62,711 nucleotides of DNA from positions 1 to 62,711 of the IMG/VR virus record IMGVR_UViG_3300017746_000010, one strand, 5' to 3'. A program made the translations under genes and the position numbers. The stretch is from a virus. Its lineage: Duplodnaviria; Caudoviricetes. The stretch's first letter is position 1; each line of letters starts with the position of its first letter. The notes beneath the pieces were generated by a model. The model was not told the origin of the DNA, ran no database searches, and worked only from the letters and a program-made list of their open reading frames with translations. Shown here piece by piece: positions 1 to 8,132 of this stretch.

Positions 1-450
1 AACTTTTTTAGCAACTGTAGCTTTACGCTGTGCTTTAGTTAAAGATTGTGCTTTTTTCTTAGGTAGACATCTTGTGGTAGCTTTTCCTTTTTTCATTGTA
101 CCACAATCACCAGATATATTACCGGATGTATTTATTCTTACCCAATTTTCTTTTTTAAACCAATCACGTAATGATTCTTTAACTCTTTCTTCTGGAGTGA
201 GGGAATCTACTTGAGGTTCACCTTTCACTACTCCTAAGTTATAATTAAATTTATTTATTATACCTCTTTGAGGTACTCTACCTATTTCGTTAGTTTTTTT
301 TTTCTTACCACTCATTTGGCCTTTACATACTTTAACAGCACGACCAGATAAGTAGGCAGATGATTTCTCACCAGCAGCCATTCTTCGCTTTCGGTAAGCT
401 TCACCTTTTTTACAAAGTTTTTCTTTAACTAAATCTTTTATTCTATCCAT
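1..450 (-). CDS. Basic hypothetical protein, DUF5872-like (partial, runs off the left end)
   Basis: Not in the ORF track. Own translation from ATG at 450 (TGATG overlap with the upstream stop), open to position 1: MDRIKDLVKEKLCKKGEAYR...SSAYLSGRAVKVCKG...SLRDWFKKENWVRI...RCLPKKKAQSLTKAQRKAT. The SAY.SG, LRDWF..E.W and CLP motifs resemble DUF5872. Confidence 0.7.
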   Translation of the reverse strand, partial: MDRIKDLVKEKLCKKGEAYRKRRMAAGEKSSAYLSGRAVKVCKGQMSGKKKKTNEIGRVPQRGIINKFNYNLGVVKGEPQVDSLTPEERVKESLRDWFKKENWVRINTSGNISGDCGTMKKGKATTRCLPKKKAQSLTKAQRKATVAKKV

Positions 451-833
451 CAGCTAACATCCATTGCGTCATTGTGACTTAATTCAATTCCTATGTTATC
501 AAATACCTGTTCTAAATCATCATAATATCTAGAATCATAATTTCTTCCTCCAAAATTATTATCAACCTGAATTCCTAATTTTTTAGCTACATGACGAATA
601 TCATCACTATCAAATCTTCTTTCTCCTCTATAGTCATCTTCATCTTTAATAGTTATTTCCTCTCTATTCTCATCATAAACCTGGATTTTATATAAACGGC
701 CATAATCAGTGTAGGTAAAATCTATTTTTTTAACTAATGGGACTATGCCATCAATATAAGTTTCAATCTCCTTTCGAATTTCTTCTTGCAGGTGATTTAG
801 CTTCCAAGCATGATGATCAAAATTGTTTTCCAT
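450..833 (-). CDS. Hypothetical acidic protein
   Basis: 127-aa ORF in a packed gene string, preceded by the ATATTTATA motif. Confidence 0.75.
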   Translation of the reverse strand: MENNFDHHAWKLNHLQEEIRKEIETYIDGIVPLVKKIDFTYTDYGRLYKIQVYDENREEITIKDEDDYRGERRFDSDDIRHVAKKLGIQVDNNFGGRNYDSRYYDDLEQVFDNIGIELSHNDAMDVS

Positions 834-846
834 TACTTTAATTTAT

Positions 847-855
847 TATAAATAT
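847..855 (-). promoter_or_regulatory. Putative phage late promoter ATATTTATA
   Basis: Motif 13 nt upstream of ATG 833; recurs before many genes. Confidence 0.55.
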
Positions 856-861
856 GTAAAA

Positions 862-1431
862 TTATTTTTTAAGTGACTCTAGATGATCAACTACTTCTTT
901 TACGTAATCATCTACTTTATCAGTATTTAATTTTCCATGCCAAGTTTCTATATCTCCTTGTTCAGTAACATGACCCTCATTTGATTCATTTAATTTTTCT
1001 TTTACAAAATCTTTAAAGTCTTGTATTCTACTATCTATTACTTTATTATTTACTTCATTAAAGTGTTCTTCATATTTACCTTCAGCTTTTAATTTATCTT
1101 CAAATTTAGCATAGCAGTTTAAACAAAAATTGTAAGTATGATAATAAGGTTTATCAACTCTTCTATTCATTGTTTTTTTACATTTAGGGCAAAATAAAGG
1201 CATTATGTGTGCCTTTTTAGCTTTATCTAGTTTAGTAATATTTTGTTTAATACCATCTTTAATAGTCCAAGTACGACCATCATGACTATTCCACACATCG
1301 CCTTCTTCATGAAAAATTTCTGGTTTGCTATAACCGACTGATTCTCTTGTTTTCTTGCCATATTTTCCTGTTACAAGATTACGGATTCTTTCTACGTCCT
1401 TTTTAGCAAATTCTTTTTTTAGTTGGGTCAT
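862..1431 (-). CDS. Hypothetical protein with CxxC...CxxC zinc finger
   Basis: CPKC...CLNC in a 189-aa ORF. Confidence 0.75.
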   Translation of the reverse strand: MTQLKKEFAKKDVERIRNLVTGKYGKKTRESVGYSKPEIFHEEGDVWNSHDGRTWTIKDGIKQNITKLDKAKKAHIMPLFCPKCKKTMNRRVDKPYYHTYNFCLNCYAKFEDKLKAEGKYEEHFNEVNNKVIDSRIQDFKDFVKEKLNESNEGHVTEQGDIETWHGKLNTDKVDDYVKEVVDHLESLKK

Positions 1432-3698
1432 AAACCTAATTTTTTTAAATCATTGATTACTTGATTAGCATTTTGGTATAATATAGCTGTTCCACCTGCT
1501 GCATCCCATCTATCAATTGTACTACCTTTATCATCAATTAAAATATCAAATTTTGTTAATTTGGGTTTAACTGTATGTTTTTGTTTAGCTGATCTATACG
1601 TTACTTTTGGCTTTGTTGAATACAATGTACCAACTTTATCTTTAACCCACAAGCCTTTTCCAATAACACTTTGTTTTTTAATTGAAGGTGCAGTTAACAT
1701 CTCAAATGGATGTTGTTCTACATATTTAACTAACTTTTGGGCATCAGGCATTAATTCAATACCCCTCCAAAATGCTACCTTATGTTTTTCATCTATAAAA
1801 TCCCAAAAATCATTTAAACCATTTTTATTAACATAATCCTGGGGCATCATACCTGATAAATCATTAAATCTTTTATCAAAGTCCGCTACTACTCCATCCA
1901 TATCTAAATAAATGTAATATTTTTCTTCTTCAGCTATTTCAAATATAGCTTCGGCTAAACCAAAAGGATCTGTATTAGTCCAACTTCTAAACATAATGTT
2001 ACCTGTTTCGTAAGCTTCTCTTTCTAATTGCTCTAATTCTGCATCTGCATTAACATTGTCTGTTTGAATATCATGTAATCTATCTTCATGGTTCTGGTGG
2101 ACATGCACTAATTCATGCGCATATGAACGTAATATATCCTTAGGATGTCTGCCTAATGTGTATAACACGACCTCATTAGTATTTGGGTTATAATACGCAG
2201 TTTTACCAAAGAAATTATCTGCGTTTTTAAAATCAGTATGAATAAATTTAACTTTAGGATATGGTTTTAATGTTAAACCATCTTTTTCCATACTAGATGT
2301 TAATGATTTAATTAAAGGTTTAAAATCAAAATTAATAGGATCTAATACCTCATTTAATTGTTTTAATCGTTGTGTTTTTTTCTTAGATGCTTCTTTTTTC
2401 TTAGTTATATAATCTAAACCAGTTTTTAATCTTTTTTTAACAGCAGGATCTTTTGCTCTACCATATGCTGCTCTTACTCTTTGATGTATTAAATTAATAA
2501 TTTGTGATTTTCTAGCATGTGATTTAGCTTTAAATGATTTTTTATTTAAAGTATCTACTATATCTTGTCTAGTAGAAAATTTAATACCAATTGTATCTTT
2601 AGGGTCTTCATCTGTGTATAATCTACGTCCTGATTTTTTAGGTTTTTTACCTGTACCTTTTTTAGGATCTTTTTTCTTTTTTCTACCTTCATTTACACCA
2701 CCAATATGCCTAGCATTAAATTTATCTTTTAAATGGTTATTTAATTCATTATCCATATTAAAATTAGGATCCAATACTTTATCATCTGGTTCATCCATAA
2801 ACTTATCTGAAGCTGCTTTTAAAAATTCATTTTCTACAGTATCATCTACAATTGCAGATGCATCATCATCTACATCTAATTTATCTAACCATGTATTAGT
2901 TTTAATATTATCTGGTTTATTAAAAGCTGCTTTAAATATACCATAAGCATCTATAGCCGTACCTACTCCTGGAAGTAAATTTAATGCTGCTGTAAATGCT
3001 TTACCTCCTACATCTTTAAATTTTTTAAGGTTTTGATCTTTTTTTATATTTTTTAAAGCTAATTTTAAATCACCATAAGTTTTAATTTCTATTGATTTTT
3101 CAGGTGCTTTTTCTAAATCAATTTCTTCCATAACTGTATCATTTATATAACCAAAAATTTCATCTACTTCCTCATCTTTTAATTGTTTTGGAAGTAAAGG
3201 TTTTAATTTTTCTACTGATATTTTTGCTGCATTTCTAGCTGCTGTGCCTGATGCTCCACCTTGTGTTACAACAGTTTCAACTCTTAAATTTGGATATTTA
3301 TCTACTGATGTTGTTCTTATTGCTATATCTTTAAAATCATCTTCATTACCTTCCCTAGCTCCAATTACGAATATAACATCTTCTTCTGGGTGTTCTTTAG
3401 CGTAATTATAAACTGCTTGTATAGGTGGTTTAGGACTTAATTTAACTTCAACATTAACGGGTAGATATTGTTTATAGATATCCCATATAATAATTGATTC
3501 TTCAGGTGTTACACCATCTCTTTCTTTACCACCAATTAAAATAATGAATTTATCAATGTTAGGGTTTTTTTTAATAGCTGTTTCTACTACTTCAAAATGG
3601 CCAGCAGTTGGTGGTTTAAAACCACCTCCATATACAGCTATAGTTCTTTTTTCTTCCTCGGGCAATAATCCCCTTATTATTTCTTTAACTAAACTCAT
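1428..3698 (-). CDS. Multidomain protein: HIGH-family cytidylyltransferase-like + unknown + Lys-rich domain + HExxH metallopeptidase-like + HAD 5'(3')-nucleotidase
   Basis: GGFKPPTAGH (HIGH-like); RRLYTDEDPKDT; SYAHELVHVHQ...EREAY (zincin); IYLDMDGVVADF...ILIDD (NT5C-type HAD). Confidence 0.75.
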   Translation of the reverse strand: MSLVKEIIRGLLPEEEKRTIAVYGGGFKPPTAGHFEVVETAIKKNPNIDKFIILIGGKERDGVTPEESIIIWDIYKQYLPVNVEVKLSPKPPIQAVYNYAKEHPEEDVIFVIGAREGNEDDFKDIAIRTTSVDKYPNLRVETVVTQGGASGTAARNAAKISVEKLKPLLPKQLKDEEVDEIFGYINDTVMEEIDLEKAPEKSIEIKTYGDLKLALKNIKKDQNLKKFKDVGGKAFTAALNLLPGVGTAIDAYGIFKAAFNKPDNIKTNTWLDKLDVDDDASAIVDDTVENEFLKAASDKFMDEPDDKVLDPNFNMDNELNNHLKDKFNARHIGGVNEGRKKKKDPKKGTGKKPKKSGRRLYTDEDPKDTIGIKFSTRQDIVDTLNKKSFKAKSHARKSQIINLIHQRVRAAYGRAKDPAVKKRLKTGLDYITKKKEASKKKTQRLKQLNEVLDPINFDFKPLIKSLTSSMEKDGLTLKPYPKVKFIHTDFKNADNFFGKTAYYNPNTNEVVLYTLGRHPKDILRSYAHELVHVHQNHEDRLHDIQTDNVNADAELEQLEREAYETGNIMFRSWTNTDPFGLAEAIFEIAEEEKYYIYLDMDGVVADFDKRFNDLSGMMPQDYVNKNGLNDFWDFIDEKHKVAFWRGIELMPDAQKLVKYVEQHPFEMLTAPSIKKQSVIGKGLWVKDKVGTLYSTKPKVTYRSAKQKHTVKPKLTKFDILIDDKGSTIDRWDAAGGTAILYQNANQVINDLKKLGL

Positions 3699-4541
3699 TT
3701 ACTTATTTAAAAATTTTGATAAGGCTACTTGTGCCTCTTCTCTTGAAATAGAATTGTCAATTATATCTTTAACACCTTGATCTGCTAGTAAAGCTCTAAT
3801 TTGAGAGTTTGTTTTTTCCTTTTGTCTATCAGAGTATGCTTGTCTTGCTGCTGTTTTTGGTTTAGTATCTTTAGGTGAAAATGGTTTTAAATATTTATCT
3901 ACTATTGCATCTAAATCTTCTAGTTTTTCATCTTCTAAAGTATTAGCAACTGATATAAAATTATCATCTCCAAATAAAGCTCTATAAGGGCCATAATTTT
4001 GAGTTACATTATTCCATGTTTTTAATACAATCGCTGGTGCTAAACTTCTATCTTTACCACCTGATGCTTGGAATCTTAATTCATTTTGTTTAAGTGATCT
4101 TTCTAAATCAGTATAAACATAAAGCATAAATACTTCATATCCAGCTTTTTTTAATTCTTCAACTAATGCTTCCGTTTTTTTATATGAGGCAGCTGTACCA
4201 TCTAAAATAAAATTTTCTTTACCTTCAACTGTTTTTTCAACTTTACCTTTAAATTCTTTATTAGCATCTGCCATTGCTAAAGCTTGTTTACTTCTTTCTT
4301 CTGCACTAGCATTTTTTAAGTCTAATGATACATTTGCTTTTTTAAGATTATTAATATAAGCATCATCTATATTTAATACTTGGAATCCTCCAATATTTAA
4401 ACCTTTTAAAACATACCCTTTTCCAGCGCCAGGGGCTCCAGCTAAAATTATTGCTTTTGGTTTATCTTGTCCTCCAATAGCTCCAGAGTTTACACCTGCA
4501 GCATTAGTTACTTCTTGTAGTATGTTTTCTAGTTTTATCAT
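3699..4541 (-). CDS. P-loop kinase, zeta-toxin/AAA_33-like
   Basis: AIILAGAPGAGKG Walker A; FILDGT; lid motif R...GG..R. Confidence 0.7.
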   Translation of the reverse strand: MIKLENILQEVTNAAGVNSGAIGGQDKPKAIILAGAPGAGKGYVLKGLNIGGFQVLNIDDAYINNLKKANVSLDLKNASAEERSKQALAMADANKEFKGKVEKTVEGKENFILDGTAASYKKTEALVEELKKAGYEVFMLYVYTDLERSLKQNELRFQASGGKDRSLAPAIVLKTWNNVTQNYGPYRALFGDDNFISVANTLEDEKLEDLDAIVDKYLKPFSPKDTKPKTAARQAYSDRQKEKTNSQIRALLADQGVKDIIDNSISREEAQVALSKFLNK

Positions 4542-4545
4542 ATGT

Positions 4546-4554
4546 TATAAATAT
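4546..4554 (-). promoter_or_regulatory. Putative late promoter ATATTTATA
   Basis: Motif ends only 4 nt before ATG 4541. Confidence 0.55.
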
Positions 4555-4560
4555 GGAAGT

Positions 4561-4686
4561 TTAAATCATGTTCATTTTTTTTAAAAACTCTAACTCTTCC
4601 TTAGTTACCTCCATAACATTCTTTTGCATAATTTCTTGAGCGCGATTATATTCCTGCTCTTCCCAATAAATTTCTTCACTTGTCAT
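4561..4686 (-). CDS. Small hypothetical protein (41 aa)
   Basis: Below the ORF-track cutoff; MTSEEIYWEEQEYNRAQEIMQKNVMEVTKEELEFLKKMNMI; fills the gap between flanking genes. Confidence 0.55.
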   Translation of the reverse strand: MTSEEIYWEEQEYNRAQEIMQKNVMEVTKEELEFLKKMNMI

Positions 4687-4807
4687 ATACACCATGTTTT
4701 ATTTCTTCAACAAAATTTTCAGTAATCATTTTAGCTGTACTAGGACTATTACTTTCCAATGCATCTAAAATCTTATTTAATGTTAAATAAACTAATTCTT
4801 TATCCAT
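4676..4807 (-). CDS. Small hypothetical protein (43 aa)
   Basis: MDKELVYLTLNKILDALESNSPSTAKMITENFVEEIKHGVYDK; short overlaps with both neighbours. Confidence 0.55.
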   Translation of the reverse strand: MDKELVYLTLNKILDALESNSPSTAKMITENFVEEIKHGVYDK

Positions 4808-5057
4808 TTTTTTCAAATATTTCGTTAATTTGTTCTCTTGATTGCCATCCTATAACTTCACCATCTCCTACCATTACTTCAAATGAGGAAACATCTTCAA
4901 CATTATTGGCTCTTTTTCTAACACCTGCTCTAGATGTACTGTACAAACCAACACCAGCTACAACTGATATTCTTTTACCATTATCACATACTGCTGTTGC
5001 TTGAATAGCATCTGGTACTACTGGGTGATCTTCAAAATTTAAATTTTTAAATTGCAT
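4800..5057 (-). CDS. Hypothetical protein
   Basis: 85-aa ORF in a small-gene cluster. Confidence 0.7.
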   Translation of the reverse strand: MQFKNLNFEDHPVVPDAIQATAVCDNGKRISVVAGVGLYSTSRAGVRKRANNVEDVSSFEVMVGDGEVIGWQSREQINEIFEKNG

Positions 5058-5059
5058 AA

Positions 5060-5284
5060 TTATCTTTCTAATATTACAAATGAACCAAAATATCTATCAA
5101 ATACCTTAAGTAATTCTTCATAGTCCCCTTTAGTCATTTCTTCTCTAATTGAGTCCCAATCTAAACTTAATTGTTTACTAAAATTTTTAGCATATCCTAG
5201 TAATGCAAAAGCATTACCATCTGGACCTGTTAAATCTATTATCATAGGATTTTTAGGGGATAAATCTTTTTTCTTTCTTATCAT
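5060..5284 (-). CDS. Conserved small phage protein
   Basis: IDLTGPDGNAFALLG...GDYE motif common in phage hypothetical proteins. Confidence 0.75.
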   Translation of the reverse strand: MIRKKKDLSPKNPMIIDLTGPDGNAFALLGYAKNFSKQLSLDWDSIREEMTKGDYEELLKVFDRYFGSFVILER

Positions 5285-5313
5285 AACCTTTATTATTTTT
5301 ATTATTTACGGTG

Positions 5314-5345
5314 TAAATATACGACCCTTCTATGCGGTAGCCAAA
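5314..5345 (-). promoter_or_regulatory. Bacteroidota sigma70-type promoter (early/middle)
   Basis: Coding strand TTTGG-N17-CGTATATTTA; resembles -33 TTTG / -7 TAnnTTTG; intergenic. Confidence 0.65.
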
Positions 5346-5348
5346 TTT

Positions 5349-5900
5349 CTACGCGGAAGTCTTTAATTCTTCTACTAAAGTATTATATAAACTGTAGCTA
5401 CTTATTTTAACATTGATATTAGGATTTATCTTTAAAACAGATTCTTTTATACAATTTACATCATTACTATCCATGTTTTCTTCAATTAAAATATTACTTT
5501 TAAAAAAAGGTACAAGGTCACTGTAATGGTCTGATAACCCACGTTCGCAATTAGAGCTCTGAATTAGATAGATATTATTACTATTTTTAATATCGTTAAT
5601 GATATTAGTGTATCGTTTTAAATATTTCTTTTTAATGGTAGATAACTTATCTTCTTTTTCATGGATGAACATCATATTATATGTTTTATCCCATATTTGT
5701 TTTCCTTCAAATAAACCGCTATTTACTATTTCAACATCATCAAATATGTTATCTAAACCATTATCTAATATATAAGATACAGTTTTATATGAATTACCAC
5801 TCCAATCAAAAGGATAATTTATTACTCGAACTTTTGCTTCATTAGCAGCATAAGCTGCTGTACATACCTTACCTATAGGAAAGAATATTGTTTTAGACAT
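5349..5900 (-). CDS. Putative papain-like cysteine peptidase (DUF1796-like)
   Basis: PIGKVC...YPFDW...FIHE pattern. Confidence 0.6.
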   Translation of the reverse strand: MSKTIFFPIGKVCTAAYAANEAKVRVINYPFDWSGNSYKTVSYILDNGLDNIFDDVEIVNSGLFEGKQIWDKTYNMMFIHEKEDKLSTIKKKYLKRYTNIINDIKNSNNIYLIQSSNCERGLSDHYSDLVPFFKSNILIEENMDSNDVNCIKESVLKINPNINVKISSYSLYNTLVEELKTSA

Positions 5901-6660
5901 TTCGTTTTACAGAAGTTTTAAACGAGGTTGTTGCTGGTTTATGTTTAGGATTTTCTAAATCAAATATTCTTTTTACTGATTTGTAAATATCAATATTTTC
6001 TTCTTGTGATCTAGGTGATTCATATATTTCCCAATTTTTACCTTTTAAACGTTTACCCGAATTATCTACTCCTCTAGATTTAGATTTTAACCATAATACC
6101 CCTATACGAGCTGCTTCTTTACCAAAACATTCTTTATAACATTGAGCATATGCTGCACCTTGTAAGTCATAAGTTGTTTGTAAATGGTTAGATGTTTTAA
6201 AATCAATAACCCATAATTCACCATCAATTTCACAAATTAAATCACAAGTACCAGCTACTTTAAGTTCTTCACTAAATAAATGTACTTCTGTTTCAATTAA
6301 CGTGGGTTTATGAGTTTCCCAAAAATCAACAAAACGTAAAAACATTTGCCAAACTAAAGGATCCATTTTAGGATAACCACTTTCGCTTAAATAATTTAAT
6401 TCTTTACCTGCAAAATAATCCTCTATCATTTCATGTACAGCTGTACCTTCTTCACTAGCTTTTTTAACAATCCAGTCAGCACTATAACCTACCTTTTTAA
6501 GCCAATCTTGAAAAAATTTGCCTTTTGGATAACAATTTAAAACATAAGTAATAGATGGATAATACTCACCATTACGTCTGTAATACCTTGAATCAGGTAG
6601 TGTAATTTGTTTGTGATCGTCTGAGATCTCTAAAATTCTATTATACGATTTTTTTATCAT
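5893..6660 (-). CDS. PD-(D/E)xK exonuclease (Cas4/RecB-like phage exonuclease)
   Basis: YPSITYVL, GTAVHEMIE, VAGTCDLI, VIDFKTS, LQGAAY. Confidence 0.85.
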   Translation of the reverse strand: MIKKSYNRILEISDDHKQITLPDSRYYRRNGEYYPSITYVLNCYPKGKFFQDWLKKVGYSADWIVKKASEEGTAVHEMIEDYFAGKELNYLSESGYPKMDPLVWQMFLRFVDFWETHKPTLIETEVHLFSEELKVAGTCDLICEIDGELWVIDFKTSNHLQTTYDLQGAAYAQCYKECFGKEAARIGVLWLKSKSRGVDNSGKRLKGKNWEIYESPRSQEENIDIYKSVKRIFDLENPKHKPATTSFKTSVKRNV

Positions 6661-7586
6661 AAAGATAATTTGTGTTCCAATAGGGATGAATAAGTTAAAG
6701 GAACTGTTTTTTGTATTAGTTTAGTGAAATTTTTAAAACCCATTTCACTCGGATCCTTATCTTGCATATCAACAAAATAGACTTCTTTACCTTCCATCAT
6801 TAATTTTTCACAAAAGTGTAAAGCTTGTTTTATAGCATCCTTATCTAACGCTATATAAATCTTTTTTACATAAGAAGTAACTATTTTTTTCATTAAGTTA
6901 CTTTGAATATTTTTACCTAATAAAGGTATTGCATTTCTTTTAATTGCTATTGCATCAAATAAACCTTCACATATTATAATAGGTAATTTCCAATTAATAA
7001 AATGTTCATTAGGTATTATATCTCGTGATGTTTGTGGGTTTCTATACTTTACAAAAGCATCTTTTTCAAAAGAACGTGCTGTAAAATAATTTAATCTACC
7101 ATCTGAATCATAAGTTGGTAAAATTATCATGTTTTTATATAAGCCACTTTCACAATAACCAATATTATATTTGCTAACATCCGTGTTAGTAACACCCCTT
7201 TTATTAAGATACGCTAAGGCATGTCGTTTAATTATATTGTTGTTATCTAATTGGTCTAAACGTGTATATTCTGAAGGTAGTTTGAGTGCATTTACAACTT
7301 TTTCTTTAGTAACGTAATTAACATCTTTAACATAAGTTTTAGCTTCAGATATTTTATCTTGAGATGCTCCTGCTTTTCTTAATAATTGAAGTATTGATTT
7401 ACCTTTTTTATTACACACCCAACAATGCCAAGGATTATGACCTTGTTTGTTTTCAGTAAAATTAATTTCTAATTTTGGTTTATGGTGATTACAATGAGGA
7501 CAGGTGTAAGCCATATTTCCTCTTGCAGTTTGTTTCCCCGTGCCAAGCACAGAGTTAACCAAAGTCACTAATAACTGATTAATCAT
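6657..7586 (-). CDS. DNA primase (Zn finger + TOPRIM)
   Basis: CPHC...HCWVC; CEGLFDAIA; IALDKDA; KDPSE. Confidence 0.9.
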   Translation of the reverse strand: MINQLLVTLVNSVLGTGKQTARGNMAYTCPHCNHHKPKLEINFTENKQGHNPWHCWVCNKKGKSILQLLRKAGASQDKISEAKTYVKDVNYVTKEKVVNALKLPSEYTRLDQLDNNNIIKRHALAYLNKRGVTNTDVSKYNIGYCESGLYKNMIILPTYDSDGRLNYFTARSFEKDAFVKYRNPQTSRDIIPNEHFINWKLPIIICEGLFDAIAIKRNAIPLLGKNIQSNLMKKIVTSYVKKIYIALDKDAIKQALHFCEKLMMEGKEVYFVDMQDKDPSEMGFKNFTKLIQKTVPLTYSSLLEHKLSL

Positions 7587-7591
7587 ATGGA

Positions 7592-7621
7592 CAATATACG
7601 TTAAATATTATTAATTTCCAC
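7592..7621 (-). promoter_or_regulatory. Bacteroidota sigma70-type promoter upstream of primase
   Basis: GTGG-N17-CGTATATTG; same spacing as the 5314-5345 element. Confidence 0.55.
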
Positions 7622-8086
7622 GGGATCTTCATATTGCATTTCTTGAAGATCCTTAGTAAAGAATTTGCCTAATATATTATCATTAAAAAATTCATCAGGT
7701 TTTTCTAATACTTGGTATAGCATTTGATATTTTATTTCAAAATAGGTTAATGCTTTTTTAGTAGGTACACACTTTAATATATTACGTGTAAATTCATCTT
7801 TCTTACCTTCAGATAATAATACTTTAATATCTTTTTGAGAACCATAATAGTTTAACCAATCTGATTCTTTTACTACTAATTTGTAAGCTGGACGACGTCC
7901 TACTACTCCTTGCAATTTAGCAAGTTCTTTTTTTCCTATTTTGACTTTTTTGTTGTGAAATAAAACTTTTTTTCCAATATATTGTTTCCCAGTTGGTTCA
8001 TGTTTTACAATGTAAACAAACCCATGTGTTTTTTCTGGGAATTGATGGATATCGACCATTTTTTGGTTTTGATAAGTCCAACTCAT
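7601..8086 (-). CDS. GIY-YIG family endonuclease-like protein
   Basis: GFVYIV...YIGKK...ESDW..YYGS...TYFE. Confidence 0.75.
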   Translation of the reverse strand: MSWTYQNQKMVDIHQFPEKTHGFVYIVKHEPTGKQYIGKKVLFHNKKVKIGKKELAKLQGVVGRRPAYKLVVKESDWLNYYGSQKDIKVLLSEGKKDEFTRNILKCVPTKKALTYFEIKYQMLYQVLEKPDEFFNDNILGKFFTKDLQEMQYEDPVEINNI

Positions 8087-8123
8087 AATTTTTGTTTTAG
8101 TTAATTTAGATTAACGCAACGTT

Positions 8124-8132
8124 AATACATAT
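8124..8132 (-). promoter_or_regulatory. Putative late promoter variant ATATGTATT
   Basis: Intergenic, upstream of the GIY-YIG gene; overlaps a 7-bp inverted repeat at 8110-8126. Confidence 0.4.

Noticed and set aside
5893-6660. Cas4-like nuclease as evidence of a CRISPR system
   Set aside because: Stand-alone phage PD-(D/E)xK exonuclease beside primase; no Fe-S Cys set and no array
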